Below are positions 30,601 to 41,310 of a DNA stretch of 64,000 nucleotides, in pieces. A model generated the notes under the pieces. That model had not been told where the DNA came from. It worked only from the letters and a program-made list of their open reading frames with translations, and ran no database searches. Position 1 is the first letter of the stretch. Every line of letters begins with the position of its first letter. The DNA lies in IMG/VR virus record IMGVR_UViG_3300011977_000007, positions 46,264-110,263 of that record; one strand, written 5' to 3'. Both the position numbers and the translations under genes were made by a program. The stretch comes from a virus (lineage: Duplodnaviria > Caudoviricetes).

Positions 30601-33600
30601 TGGTAATATATTAAAATTAGCAGATAGAGAAAATATTTTTGATATTAATGAAAATATAAAAAAGAGAAATTACGATTATATTAAAGAATTTACTGATAAT
30701 GGTATGAAGATTAAATCATTTAATCTTAAGGCGGATATAGATGCCTTAGATAAATGGTTATCACAATTCCAAATGTCATTAGATGATTTTATTGTATATG
30801 ATGAGGAAGAAGCAAAGAAGCATGGATTTGATCAAGTGATTACTTTAAGGAATTTTTATTCTTTAAATAACTCATTCTATCAAAAAGATATATTTAAGCC
30901 AAACTTAATCCCATCAGCATACAATAATATTATTAAATATGCATTTGATTATGCACTATATGAAAAACAATTCATAAACGATATTAATGATTGTACTCAT
31001 GAATATATTATTATTAAAATAATTACTATAGTAAATAAGAATGATAAAAAAGACGATACTAAGAAAGATAATAATGCGGATAAAGATACATCAGATAATA
31101 TAAACACAACAACAATAACAGCTACAGATGATGTATTTGATTATTATTATAGAGCATTACAATTTACTTTAGGTAAATATAAATATCAGCCAGATGATAC
31201 AAGAGGTGATTACAAACCAGGATCTAATCCAGAACCGGAAGATCCGGAAATACAAATTACTGAAAAATATATGGAAGTATTAGATGGTAGAGATGAATTT
31301 GTATATATAATGGATTATAATGAATATATTACTCGTAGTAATCAACCATATGTAATATATAAAAAATACCATAAAGTGGGAAATGATTATATTACTTATT
31401 CTCCAGAATATTATACTTATGATGGAACAAACTATTCACCATTAGTAAGTGGTAATATTTTTATTAAAGATTTGGATGGTAAATTTATATTTGCTGCAGA
31501 TCATTATTATTCTTATGATAGTAAAACTTATACAGAAATTACTGATAATAAATACTTTTATACTGATAATAATAATTATAAGATTCTTAAATTTGGTGAT
31601 TATTATATATTAATAAATGGTAAATATGATCTTGATCCTAATAACTGTTATGTAGTTGTAGAGCAAGATGGTGTAAAACAATATGTATTGGTTAAAGATT
31701 TACCTAACTACGAAAATCATGAAGTACAGCCAGAAGATTGCTATATATTGCATTCAGATGGTCATTTTATTAATCTTGTGGATACAGATTTTTATAGAAA
31801 GCAAGATGACGGTACTTATAAATATGATAAAGAAATTTGCTATATAAGAACTGATAAGGTGACTAATTACTATGATCCCACAGATAATCCTGTTATATAT
31901 TATGAAAAGCTTACGGACTATTATGATAGAACAAATTACGTTATCCATACAGATATTAGATATGTAAAAAATAGCGACGGGGTTTATATTCCAGAAAGTG
32001 ATCTTATAGATCCTAATAATTGTTATTATAAATCTGGCAATAAATATTATCTTGTAGTAGAAAATTTATGTAAATTTGCTAAATATAAACACCCATTAGG
32101 AATTGAATATAATATTATAATGAATGATAAATATGATTATAATAGGTATGCATTATCAGATAATAGATATGTATACGCTCCCGATAGCACAGTACGTTAT
32201 ACAATTGATAGCGATACTAATTATATAATTGCTTTATCAACTACAGCTAAATATGAAGATACTAAGAGTATGATTGTTACCCTTAATCAGAAAGTTAATG
32301 CTGGATACAAATTTACTGAAGATCAAGATAAATATAATCCTGAAAAGACAGATAAGATATGGGATGAAAATGATTGGTTCTATAATGATCCGTCTTATCA
32401 AGATACTAATATAGGTATGAATGGTGAGAATACTTGGTATTATAAAAAACCAGAACCTAATCCAGTAGCAGAAGATGAAGAAGAGCCTAATACTGTTGGT
32501 TCCGGGTATTATCTTTCTGCAGAAACATATATTGGTGATACTAAGCTTGAAAAGGGTATTAAATATTATATGGCTATGGATGTTGAAACTAATTTTTCTG
32601 GTCAATTACAAATATCTTGTGATGCTGATGATTCATGCATCGATGCTACTTGCAGAATATATGATGTGAAAGAAGGAGTTAAATTCCATGTAGATCAAGT
32701 ATTCACAGCTAATGGAAATGAAAGCTCTAGGGTTAAATTTTTAGTATATAATTTCAAAGATTATCCGATAGATATAGGGGATTATATTATCATTAGTAAT
32801 ATGAGATTTATGAAATCATTTAATAAAGATTATATTCCTCAGGATATACCATCATATGATAAATTACAAGAGATTTATAAAACTAATGAGGCTATATATA
32901 AATATTTAATCACAATGATGCAAAACTGTTCTGATTATGATACTTATCAAATCTATAAAAAATTATATGATTCATTGATGGTATCTGAATACAATAAAGA
33001 AGCATTTAAATTAGAAGATGGTACTTATGCTAAAACATATACTGACTTCTTACAAACTAGAGATTCAGTATTATATGAAAGGCTAATGTATTTCTTATCT
33101 TTAGATGAAGACTCTATGCATAAAGAAATTGCAGATAATATTATTGAGATTACTTACGCTATTGATGACTGTGTTGATACTTATAGTTATGGATATTTAT
33201 ATTCATACTTCCCTGCAGTATCTGCAAATTATATTCAGCAGTATATTAGTAAAATTATTAATTTCTTTAAATCATGGAAAACTCATTTATTAGGAATTAA
33301 TACTATTTATAAATTTGATGATCCTATAGAAAATGCAGTGAAGATATTGGAAGATCAACAATATCGAAATAAGGATTTCCATCCAGATCATGTTTATATA
33401 TCACATTCAGCATTTGTAAATCCAATGGATGCTACAGATTGTGCTGGACATAAATATAGTGATAAATATCCTGATCTAGTACAAATTTCTAATAGATATA
33501 GTGATAAAGTAAATATAGATGATAGGGTTAGAATTATTGTTAGAGATGCTAATATGATTAAATATACTGATAATTATGAAAATATTCATTTAATCCTTAA

Positions 33601-33793
33601 CAATGATGAAATTGAAGCATCTGTAGATGAAAACGGAAACCTTATTGTAAATGATGAATCTGGATTAAGCATAAGCATTCCTAACGATCTTGTTCTTACT
33701 ACAGATGAAAATGATAATGATGTATTTGGATCTCAGGATATTGAAGATCTTACAGAATCTAGTGATATATTAGGAGGTAATAAAAATGAATAA
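27614..33793 (+). CDS. large virion structural protein, probably baseplate wedge-like
   Basis: 2059 aa; FESYGIPY...LKNLNILLKYKSS...FG resembles baseplate wedge (KGT-type) motif; late-type motif CACA-N6-TA at 27587. Confidence 0.55.
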   Translation: MGKLINVEKTITDNPFVDNLIYYSKYLALNCIIKDEDDALSHETPESYKAGETYIACIEGKAKYEMFDAIPEEILEKYITKSTNLDVFANNMSAFSAYLNSLGLHERTVKLNNISKVAQTVYIDHYDIMTDYVKNLPETWLDDNKELYEKCKDSQAKYYDLFDALPTYTRKRILIQYLNNYEDTNIDDINSSLDKFQEYIDARIDDVIKIELDNISKAMNNVFLSHYEIMQERGYITKVSQNNWYDYITYDSVNKSCEAGLATYKDLYNLFPEDDLRDSLSLIMDESTINNIINAGLQALTEFFAVNDTNRTLQSILNKDMMEKYSANYHQYANTDIYNKCKNNTIGYYELYKYLPTETQKMVINTEIEEYTNTKVYSENKQLLNSYLNGLPIDEANEIRKNITNDMMTWYVDNFNETNNYYRTLIGLSPIIGGASYEYEDTLLQSQIDPINYHKFGKQLINMIPEGIYPESHWYAPISSYDNYDIGILEEFGVLDAYVQLCKSTMYSERYSYFRFLGDNKINLYRARKAGNFELLALPTIDNNDMKDKFVDAYVVNRDYVIKTVYSDAYKFQSDYYNKFIIIFILVNTIMDILSGISDMLINRKVFDARCIKYLFESYGIPYYSEIPIKYQQAMLKNLNILLKYKSSTRNMVDICSLFGFSDIKVFGYYMLKEHVVDGYYGEYVYKEHNDISYDLDELYVIDDSNGKYKDANGVRYTKLLEYRNYREDKYLKEISIVNDDGEISKKKIINNAEDVYIMDKWNNAVTVAKNNKTGLYEEIGKAENIYHFIPLLETDYFYKIKDYDPNHCCYNDHTQEYFSKIGANTSEAALKFVKVPVNESLTDYKSDPEYISTYDEITLNDEGNTWDGGLVHEDLKEKIGNYEFNAVLSKYVSVETVTEMTNMAFQVSYFYNMIFDNYYSEDKLTVEIPYLKVGHKFKFMDIVCYLFALMYYYNGIKDNIMYSPTQILYVKGYNFNGDLNKVMEDTLAFTTKDEDGNILKLADRENIFDINENIKKRNYDYIKEFTDNGMKIKSFNLKADIDALDKWLSQFQMSLDDFIVYDEEEAKKHGFDQVITLRNFYSLNNSFYQKDIFKPNLIPSAYNNIIKYAFDYALYEKQFINDINDCTHEYIIIKIITIVNKNDKKDDTKKDNNADKDTSDNINTTTITATDDVFDYYYRALQFTLGKYKYQPDDTRGDYKPGSNPEPEDPEIQITEKYMEVLDGRDEFVYIMDYNEYITRSNQPYVIYKKYHKVGNDYITYSPEYYTYDGTNYSPLVSGNIFIKDLDGKFIFAADHYYSYDSKTYTEITDNKYFYTDNNNYKILKFGDYYILINGKYDLDPNNCYVVVEQDGVKQYVLVKDLPNYENHEVQPEDCYILHSDGHFINLVDTDFYRKQDDGTYKYDKEICYIRTDKVTNYYDPTDNPVIYYEKLTDYYDRTNYVIHTDIRYVKNSDGVYIPESDLIDPNNCYYKSGNKYYLVVENLCKFAKYKHPLGIEYNIIMNDKYDYNRYALSDNRYVYAPDSTVRYTIDSDTNYIIALSTTAKYEDTKSMIVTLNQKVNAGYKFTEDQDKYNPEKTDKIWDENDWFYNDPSYQDTNIGMNGENTWYYKKPEPNPVAEDEEEPNTVGSGYYLSAETYIGDTKLEKGIKYYMAMDVETNFSGQLQISCDADDSCIDATCRIYDVKEGVKFHVDQVFTANGNESSRVKFLVYNFKDYPIDIGDYIIISNMRFMKSFNKDYIPQDIPSYDKLQEIYKTNEAIYKYLITMMQNCSDYDTYQIYKKLYDSLMVSEYNKEAFKLEDGTYAKTYTDFLQTRDSVLYERLMYFLSLDEDSMHKEIADNIIEITYAIDDCVDTYSYGYLYSYFPAVSANYIQQYISKIINFFKSWKTHLLGINTIYKFDDPIENAVKILEDQQYRNKDFHPDHVYISHSAFVNPMDATDCAGHKYSDKYPDLVQISNRYSDKVNIDDRVRIIVRDANMIKYTDNYENIHLILNNDEIEASVDENGNLIVNDESGLSISIPNDLVLTTDENDNDVFGSQDIEDLTESSDILGGNKNE

Positions 33794-34763
33794 AATTAAA
33801 TATTTGAGTGACCATTATCGCCCAAATGATAAATATAAAATTATAGATCCTCAACGGGTTACTTCTAAAGTAGAATTTTTTAATGATGCTACTGGAGAAC
33901 GTATCTGGGAGCCATTACATAATAAAACAGTAATTGCAGGGTCAGCATTAACAGCTATGAAGTTATTTGATTTAGACAGAAATGTGTTAGAATCAACCCC
34001 TACATATGATAAAGAATTAAATAACAACGATGCAATTCCATATGGATCTAGTGTTAGAGTAATTGAAGGAGCAGATGGTACTACATATCCTACAGTGGCA
34101 ATTAAAAATGCTAATGGGGATGTAATAGGATCTGTTCATGATGAAACACAAAGAATTATACGTGGATTTTGTGTTGGTCAGGGTGGTGCAGGATTAGACA
34201 TTTCGGATGTATTTGAAGTACAATACTGTAGCTGGATAACTCCTGATAATTTAGTACCATTTAGATATCCATTAATAAGTGCAGATAATGTTGACGAATC
34301 TATGTATAAAGGTAAAACTGAACTTACTTTAAATAATGGCCAGATAAGACACGCATATTATTTTAAAGAATTTTCTAACAGTCCTAGACTTGAACAAAAT
34401 TATATGTCAACTGTTGGTACTTTTACTGATAGTATTAGTTCAAGTACAGTATATAAAAATACTGCATCTGCTGATGCGGCTAGAAGTTATGTAGAATGCC
34501 ATTTAAAAATTACTAGAGATGATTGTAGAGAATTCTTTATTGCTCATAAAGGATTAGAGAATGCTAAGGTTAACCAAATTTCTTTAGTATCGGCATGGAA
34601 GAAAACTGTTGAAGTTACTAAAATGAATAGTGATGGAAACTCAGTAACAAATAAATATGAATATTTACAAGACATTAGACCATTCTCATTACTTAATATT
34701 CCAAATGAAATATTAAGTGATATGGAAAAATCTATTAGTATTATTTATACTTTATATTTTTAA
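33786..34763 (+). CDS. baseplate/tail structural protein
   Basis: Translationally coupled to the 2059-aa gene; HNKTVIAG, FCVGQGG, LVPFRY, ends IIYTLYF. Confidence 0.5.
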   Translation: MNKIKYLSDHYRPNDKYKIIDPQRVTSKVEFFNDATGERIWEPLHNKTVIAGSALTAMKLFDLDRNVLESTPTYDKELNNNDAIPYGSSVRVIEGADGTTYPTVAIKNANGDVIGSVHDETQRIIRGFCVGQGGAGLDISDVFEVQYCSWITPDNLVPFRYPLISADNVDESMYKGKTELTLNNGQIRHAYYFKEFSNSPRLEQNYMSTVGTFTDSISSSTVYKNTASADAARSYVECHLKITRDDCREFFIAHKGLENAKVNQISLVSAWKKTVEVTKMNSDGNSVTNKYEYLQDIRPFSLLNIPNEILSDMEKSISIIYTLYF

Positions 34764-34842
34764 AAATACTTGTACGCTAGTAGTACAATGCTACTAGCGT
34801 ACTTTATTTGAAGAAAGATTATAAAAAGAAGGTGAAATAATT

Positions 34843-36018
34843 ATGAGAAGGATGACAATGATAGAATATATTAATTCTAGATTTAAACGTATAGAAGATT
34901 CTATAAATAATTATGCTAATGGAAAAGATGTAGATCAAATAAAATTATTAGAAGATGATATTAAAGTATCAGAAGCAAATAAGCAAGTAAGAAATATTAT
35001 CCCTAATAATGACATTAGAAACATGGTTAATCCTGAAGATATCATCCAAGATTCTACACATAGATTCATTACAGATGTGGAAAAAGAAGAAATTAAAGAA
35101 AAAATGATATCTAAAACCACTCTTGCTGCAGTGGAAAATGATATCGTTAATAATTTAAAAATTACAATTAATCAGCAAATTGATAATATTATTAATAATA
35201 AAGGTGCTACAGATGCAATTAATAAAATAATTAAAATTACGAGTGAGAATAAGGACGCTATTGATTTATTTAAAAACCTTATTGATAAAGATGAATTAAA
35301 ATCTCATGAACAAAATGGATTGCATATTACAGAAAAAGATCGTATTGCATTAAATCTTTTATTGAAATTTATAGATAAAGGATGCGCCGATTGGAATGCT
35401 TCTGAAGGAGAACCTAATTATATTAGAAACAAGCCAGAATCTCTTAAAGCTAATGGTGGTAATAGTGATACGGTTGGTGGCTGTAGAGCAGAAGATTTAT
35501 TTACAAAACAAATTGCAAAAAATATTATAGGCATTTATAATAATCCTACTAAATATTCTGCTAATGATGTAAATATATATCTTAATGAAGAAAATAAAGA
35601 TTCAATATCTAAATATTTAAATAGCAATTGCTTAACATATTTTCGTGAGGGCTATTATAGAATTAATGAATTTAAAATTCCAATTAATAGTAATATTAGT
35701 GGAGTTGGTATAGGAACACAAATCGATCATTGTGGCGTAAGTATTGATAATAATTGTAAGGTTAGTGATATATATTTTTCTAATAGTTTAGTTAATATAA
35801 TTTGTAACGAATCAGAGATTGTAGATGCGGTATTTAAAAATTGCCATATTTGGATAACGGCTTCTAGATGTATTATTAAAAATTGTAGATTTATTAATTG
35901 CCCGATACATACAGATGGTATTAATAATAGTATTATTACTGATAATATTTGTAGTGGATCAACAAATCAAATTATTTATTATGGCGGAAATAATATTATA
36001 AAGAATCTATATGTATAA
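34843..36018 (+). CDS. tail fibre-like protein with beta-helix-like C-terminus
   Basis: QDSTHRFITD.EK and DWN......YIRNKP fibre motifs; I/N/C-rich C-terminus. Confidence 0.55.
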   Translation: MRRMTMIEYINSRFKRIEDSINNYANGKDVDQIKLLEDDIKVSEANKQVRNIIPNNDIRNMVNPEDIIQDSTHRFITDVEKEEIKEKMISKTTLAAVENDIVNNLKITINQQIDNIINNKGATDAINKIIKITSENKDAIDLFKNLIDKDELKSHEQNGLHITEKDRIALNLLLKFIDKGCADWNASEGEPNYIRNKPESLKANGGNSDTVGGCRAEDLFTKQIAKNIIGIYNNPTKYSANDVNIYLNEENKDSISKYLNSNCLTYFREGYYRINEFKIPINSNISGVGIGTQIDHCGVSIDNNCKVSDIYFSNSLVNIICNESEIVDAVFKNCHIWITASRCIIKNCRFINCPIHTDGINNSIITDNICSGSTNQIIYYGGNNIIKNLYV

Positions 36019-36027
36019 AAAAATAAT

Positions 36028-36057
36028 CCGGTAGGCGTTTTGCCTACCGGTATTTTT
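36028..36057. terminator. bidirectional terminator
   Basis: CCGGTAGGC/GCCTACCGG hairpin between convergent genes. Confidence 0.75.
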
Positions 36058-36058
36058 A

Positions 36059-36523
36059 TTAACTACAATATTCATACACATAATCTACTTTCCGAACTAT
36101 ATATAAATCTGGAGCAATTAAATTTTGATTATCGTCATACCATACTCCATTGATATATGCTAATATATGTTTCGCTCCAGCTATTGCATACCTGCCTTCT
36201 TTATGCTCATACATAAATTGTGCTATAGATTGATGAGTTGTCACCATTGGTATTCTTTTATATCCATACGATATAAGAATATCTCTCGTAATGTAATCAT
36301 AATTAGGATGTAACATACCATAATCATATGCGATCTTAAATTGCAATTTTAATACATCATCATATGACATATTCAAAAGTCTAGAAATTGTTCTTGTGGA
36401 ACAATCCATTCTTCTCTTAGGCAATTTTGTTTTATAATCAAAATTATTATGCCTAAGTTTAATCCCTAATGCATCTACAATAAACCTATTTTCTTTTAAA
36501 ATTTTGTCATTCTTCTTTTTCAT
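36059..36523 (-). CDS. hypothetical protein (possible papain-like Cys-His-Asp fold)
   Basis: DCS.R.IS ... HILAYINGVWYD; early promoter at 36553-36570. Confidence 0.5.
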   Translation of the reverse strand: MKKKNDKILKENRFIVDALGIKLRHNNFDYKTKLPKRRMDCSTRTISRLLNMSYDDVLKLQFKIAYDYGMLHPNYDYITRDILISYGYKRIPMVTTHQSIAQFMYEHKEGRYAIAGAKHILAYINGVWYDDNQNLIAPDLYIVRKVDYVYEYCS

Positions 36524-36575
36524 TATAATTATCCTCCTTTATATATTATAAATATAATATATAATTGAAAATAAT

Positions 36576-37892
36576 TTAATGTATTCTGCTAGAAGTAAGA
36601 TCTTTTAATTGTGCTAATGTATTATTTACATAATCCATATCTAAATATATTCCTATTACTGTAGTTACATTTTCACATGATAATTTCATATGGCATATTA
36701 ATGAACTCCAATCCATATGATATTCTCTTTCTAATCCATCGTTAAATAATTTAATATTTATAAATAATGATGGATTTATATGAATATAATTAGCATGAGT
36801 AATCAATTGCTCAATATCGGAGCCTTTAAACAAATCTGTGAAATCAATATCAATACATTTACCAATATCTGATTCATCAACCATATATTCAGTTGTAGAC
36901 GCAAGTTTCCAATTATGCTCATCTAATTCTGGAACTTGAGTTTTTATAGCTCTCATAACACTTATCATTCCATCACTATTAGTAGGTTTACTATTAATAT
37001 ATTTTTGCTCACATTGAGAATAATAAGTATAGCAATATGGCGCTGTCATTTCAATTTCTACATTAAAATTTATAGTATAATTTGTTAAGATAGTATTTTG
37101 TCTTTCACCATCATCCATGTCTGGCATTTCTGATTTAATATGAGCAACACAATTCGGTACTTTGATAAAGAATTCTTTATTACCGTTTGCACATCTTAAT
37201 TTATATACGAATGGTATATATGAATGAGCATTTAAATATCTTAATAATTCTAATGGCTTATCTACATTTAATTGCTCATCTACAGTGAATCCATGATTAC
37301 ATGCAATTTCTGCAATTATTTCTTTAGGAACGTGAATATCGAGCGTTAAATTTTGTGTCTCTGTATATCCTGCACGATGCATTATTTTTATGAATTCAAA
37401 CAAATCAAGTTCCTCAGCTCTCGTATTTACGCGCATTTTGAACGTAAAATTCATCAGAATTGTCTTAAACATAATTTGCAAATATTTTGTATTGCAAGTA
37501 GAAGTATCAAAAAAGAATGTTCCTTCAAATCTAGAACGTCTTAATAGCATTGGTATTTCTGGTGATGAATCTATCCATCCTCTATTATTAGTCATATCTA
37601 TTGATGGGATAATTGCTAATATTGGATTGACTCTTCTAAGCTTTTCATCTATATCGCTATATTTTCTAAACTCATCAAACGAATGTTTACCATCTACATA
37701 TATTGAATTAAAATAATGATGAGCAAACTTATTTAAAAACCATTCTTTTGCAAATTCTACACATACTGCATACGCTTGATATTGACTTGGGATTGTAACA
37801 CTAGACATTAATAATCTAGGTTGTCTGTTATCTATATCATGTGGTTTTATTTCCCTCATATTTCCCGAAAATACATGAGTAGGTTTTTCCAT
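36576..37892 (-). CDS. putative virion structural protein
   Basis: 438 aa, beta-rich; late-type motif GACA-N6-TA at 37915-37926. Confidence 0.5.
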   Translation of the reverse strand: MEKPTHVFSGNMREIKPHDIDNRQPRLLMSSVTIPSQYQAYAVCVEFAKEWFLNKFAHHYFNSIYVDGKHSFDEFRKYSDIDEKLRRVNPILAIIPSIDMTNNRGWIDSSPEIPMLLRRSRFEGTFFFDTSTCNTKYLQIMFKTILMNFTFKMRVNTRAEELDLFEFIKIMHRAGYTETQNLTLDIHVPKEIIAEIACNHGFTVDEQLNVDKPLELLRYLNAHSYIPFVYKLRCANGNKEFFIKVPNCVAHIKSEMPDMDDGERQNTILTNYTINFNVEIEMTAPYCYTYYSQCEQKYINSKPTNSDGMISVMRAIKTQVPELDEHNWKLASTTEYMVDESDIGKCIDIDFTDLFKGSDIEQLITHANYIHINPSLFINIKLFNDGLEREYHMDWSSLICHMKLSCENVTTVIGIYLDMDYVNNTLAQLKDLTSSRIH

Positions 37893-37969
37893 ATCTATAG
37901 CCTCCTTTACAAATTATAAATATGTCCAACGAGAAAAAAAGAACGAGGGAGTTAACCCTCGTTCTATTT

Positions 37970-38209
37970 CTATAGATTGTCTTTATCTATAACTACTGCA
38001 GCAATAATATTTTTATTATAGTCGGAGATTAATTTATCTAAGGTATCTGTTATTTTTTCATCTAATGTATCATAATCAGTACCATAGATAATTGCAGGAT
38101 TATCTGAATCCTGCTTTTCATCATTCTCAATATTAATATTATGCTCTTCTAAAAAGTCTTCTACAATATCAATAATGCATGCAGAATACTGTCTTAATTT
38201 AAACGTCAT
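37970..38209 (-). CDS. hypothetical protein
   Basis: ORF in tightly packed minus-strand operon. Confidence 0.55.
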   Translation of the reverse strand: MTFKLRQYSACIIDIVEDFLEEHNINIENDEKQDSDNPAIIYGTDYDTLDEKITDTLDKLISDYNKNIIAAVVIDKDNL

Positions 38210-38211
38210 TA

Positions 38212-38475
38212 TTAATTTTCGCTACCTTTAATATTTAATTTATATGCCGATAAGTCAGTACCACGGATGACTGTGCTTCCAAACCATATGTTGAAAGGAT
38301 CATCATGTATAAATGATCTTCTTGCTATTTCATTAATAGAATCAATAGTATCTTGAGCTTCGTCATAATTATCCTTTCCAGCTTCAAATGTAATACTATC
38401 TTCTATTACGGCACCGTTTTTAAGCCAGAATGTACCTTCAACCACTATGTCTTTTTGTAATTTGAGTTTATTCAT
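38212..38475 (-). CDS. hypothetical protein
   Basis: AGGAGG RBS. Confidence 0.6.
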   Translation of the reverse strand: MNKLKLQKDIVVEGTFWLKNGAVIEDSITFEAGKDNYDEAQDTIDSINEIARRSFIHDDPFNIWFGSTVIRGTDLSAYKLNIKGSEN

Positions 38476-38492
38476 AATTATACCTCCTTAGA

Positions 38493-38837
38493 TTAATCTT
38501 CCCATAGTTTTCTTTCATCTATAATAGTACGACCAGCTTGATCTACAATTTTGATAGGATCAGTTTCCCATTCACATCCACAATTTGGGCATTTGAATTT
38601 ATAAATATGGTATATTTCACTAGTAATACCTAAGTTGCTAAACATACGTTTTAGTAGCCCATCGTTTTTATCATGAAATACATATTGATATGAAAATGGA
38701 ACAAGATTAAATCTCTTAACGCCATTTCCAAAATCAATCTCTTCATGATCGCATCCACATTTAGGACATACTCTACATCTTCTTGCTTCTTCAAGATTTT
38801 CGGAATCAATTGCATCTGGATCAAATGTTATTTGCAT
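38493..38837 (-). CDS. zinc-ribbon protein
   Basis: CPKCG ... CPNCG. Confidence 0.6.
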   Translation of the reverse strand: MQITFDPDAIDSENLEEARRCRVCPKCGCDHEEIDFGNGVKRFNLVPFSYQYVFHDKNDGLLKRMFSNLGITSEIYHIYKFKCPNCGCEWETDPIKIVDQAGRTIIDERKLWED

Positions 38838-39112
38838 ACTCTTACCCCCTTAAAATTATCAATCCAGCTCATATTAATAAGCTGAATATTATTCTTTACT
38901 TTTTCTGCATCTTCTTCTTTAAGAAAGTACAATGTATTATAATACATTGTAATCATTTTTTGATTGTATTTATTTACTTGCACCTCCTCAATACTTCCTA
39001 AATACACGGTAAATACTTTTGTCCCTATAGGAATAAGCATACTATTTGGTATTAAAGCTCTTTTCTTATAAGGGAGATATGCAGTGCTCATGTTAAAATC
39101 AAACTCTTTCAT
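38828..39112 (-). CDS. hypothetical protein
   Basis: AGGAGG RBS before MKEFDF. Confidence 0.55.
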   Translation of the reverse strand: MKEFDFNMSTAYLPYKKRALIPNSMLIPIGTKVFTVYLGSIEEVQVNKYNQKMITMYYNTLYFLKEEDAEKVKNNIQLINMSWIDNFKGVRVCK

Positions 39113-39128
39113 TTTAAACCTCCTTGTA

Positions 39129-39389
39129 TTAAAAGAATCCCTGATCCGATAACCTACCAGTTTTAACCTCCTCAGAAAACTCTGAAGTTCTGATCTTTGC
39201 CATATATGCATATTCTTTACAAGTCTGCAAACGACTATCTATACTTGTAGCATAGTAAGAATTAACACCGCAATTATTAATTATATTTTGTGATTCTTCT
39301 ATTAATTTAATAGCCTCATCAAGCTTAGCTAAAAGGTTAGTGTTAGTTTCTGCTAAGTTTTTCTTTTGCTCCTCATTGATTTCTATCAT
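39129..39389 (-). CDS. hypothetical protein
   Basis: GGAGG RBS. Confidence 0.6.
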   Translation of the reverse strand: MIEINEEQKKNLAETNTNLLAKLDEAIKLIEESQNIINNCGVNSYYATSIDSRLQTCKEYAYMAKIRTSEFSEEVKTGRLSDQGFF

Positions 39390-39400
39390 AATAATCCTCC

Positions 39401-40045
39401 TTAATAATTATAACCATTATTTGGTAAGCTATATGAAGTTTGGTTCATACATTGATAATATGACATAATATCGCTATTTAGCATAGCATATGAGATAGAA
39501 TCATTATTATCATGGCTACATATATTATCAAGATCATACCCACATTTAATAATAAAATCATGAAGACCACGATGTTTACTTGCAAAAAGATCGATATCAC
39601 GCATTAAGTTTTCAATAATATGATCTGTGGAGAATACGTATTCTCCATTTTTATCATAACAACCTTCATTTTGTACGAATATCATGAAAAACATATCTAT
39701 GTTATTAGGGTTATTATGGAAGAACTCCAGTAACCAACTATCATTGCGCACGATATTATAAGCAATTGATTTGAATTGCTCCGTATCAATAGTACTATTT
39801 AGCTTCAATTGTTTATTGAATCCTTTATAAAATAGTATATATGCTCTAACCAATTGTTGATCTTGGTCTAATAATGATAGATCGAATTGATCCTTTTTCA
39901 AGTATTCAATTTCATGATTAATTGCATTTTCCTTTGTATAGTGCTGCTCACCATCCGACGTATGATATTTATTATCATAATACTTTACGTTATGAGCAGC
40001 CATTTCCTCTAAGCTATAGTTTTTAATCATCTGATAATTATTCAT
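39401..40045 (-). CDS. hypothetical protein
   Basis: AGGAGG RBS, 214 aa. Confidence 0.6.
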   Translation of the reverse strand: MNNYQMIKNYSLEEMAAHNVKYYDNKYHTSDGEQHYTKENAINHEIEYLKKDQFDLSLLDQDQQLVRAYILFYKGFNKQLKLNSTIDTEQFKSIAYNIVRNDSWLLEFFHNNPNNIDMFFMIFVQNEGCYDKNGEYVFSTDHIIENLMRDIDLFASKHRGLHDFIIKCGYDLDNICSHDNNDSISYAMLNSDIMSYYQCMNQTSYSLPNNGYNY

Positions 40046-40054
40046 AATTTCCTC

Positions 40055-40684
40055 CTATATTTCACATTTTTTCCATGCTATAATATCCTCTGCTAAATGG
40101 TCTATACAATCAGAATCCTCATAGCAATATCCACAATCGTAAAAACTGCTAATGGTTCTCATTGCTTTATAAGTTTCTCCATTTTTAGATAATATAATAA
40201 TATGCTCACCTAATGCTGGTAATTCGCTTTTTGTTTCTATGAATCCTTCAGGAATTTTCAATTCATTACTTTTTCTATAAAGATAGAGATGGTATTCATT
40301 AGTTTTAGCTACTAAATATCCGGGTGCAATCAATTTATTTTTTCTTAAAAGCTCTAAAGATTTTAATTGAGCTTCATTTGACCCTTTAGATGAAGATAAA
40401 ATTGACTCATACCATACTGATATTAAATCATATTTATCTACTATAAAATGGACTGGTGAAAATTCTCTAGGAATATATTCCTCAATATTCTCCATTTTTA
40501 TATTTTCTTTATCGCAATAATATTGCAATAAGCACATTTGATGAGATGGGCGGGCAAGTATTACTTGCCCATCATTATCGATGATTATCTCACAATAATG
40601 ATTCCATTCATCAGGATTCTTTTTAGTTAATTCTATAAATTCTTCTATAGAATATTTTTTATTGCTAATACCATAGTTATACAT
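40055..40684 (-). CDS. hypothetical protein with DUF551-like C-terminus
   Basis: C-terminal ..ELP......IIAW pattern. Confidence 0.55.
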   Translation of the reverse strand: MYNYGISNKKYSIEEFIELTKKNPDEWNHYCEIIIDNDGQVILARPSHQMCLLQYYCDKENIKMENIEEYIPREFSPVHFIVDKYDLISVWYESILSSSKGSNEAQLKSLELLRKNKLIAPGYLVAKTNEYHLYLYRKSNELKIPEGFIETKSELPALGEHIIILSKNGETYKAMRTISSFYDCGYCYEDSDCIDHLAEDIIAWKKCEI

Positions 40685-40701
40685 ATAACACCGCCTTAGT
40701 T

Positions 40702-41280
40702 TTATTTATCATTAGAGCCTGTTTCGTATTTTGTCCCTTTCCAATCTAATCCATCTATTACATATCGAGATAATTCTCTCAAAATACTATCTGGAACTTG
40801 TTTAATAAATCTATCCATACAAACAGTTTTTCTATTGGTTTTATAACTATCAATAAGCTGCATTATTTCTTCAAGAGTGATATCTTTATTGTCAATCTCT
40901 ATAAATTTAGGATACCATCTATCTGAAAATACGCCATTATAATAATCAGTTGCGCTCATTCCAGTTTCCATAGGAACCATATAACCTCGATCATATAAGA
41001 TTTCACCGACAGGTTTTTCTTTATCATTACCTTTAAAAATATCTTCAGTAATTGTTCTACTATCGTATGGCGAAAAATCCGAGCAATACATTACATATAC
41101 ATCTTTCCCTGGATTTTCCATATCCGGTTCTATATCTGCGCCAATAATATTTGCAGCTCCACAACCTGCGCAGATTAAGAGGAAATCTTTATTGTCTTTC
41201 AAGCATTTATTAATTTTTTCATTTGGAATAGCATGAATTCTCCCACATTTACAAATTCTAATATTGTACTTTTTACTCAT
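40702..41280 (-). CDS. zinc-binding hypothetical protein
   Basis: CKCGRIH ... CAGCG. Confidence 0.6.
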   Translation of the reverse strand: MSKKYNIRICKCGRIHAIPNEKINKCLKDNKDFLLICAGCGAANIIGADIEPDMENPGKDVYVMYCSDFSPYDSRTITEDIFKGNDKEKPVGEILYDRGYMVPMETGMSATDYYNGVFSDRWYPKFIEIDNKDITLEEIMQLIDSYKTNRKTVCMDRFIKQVPDSILRELSRYVIDGLDWKGTKYETGSNDK

Positions 41281-41310
41281 AATATATACTTCCTTTCTTA
41301 TATGAATTTA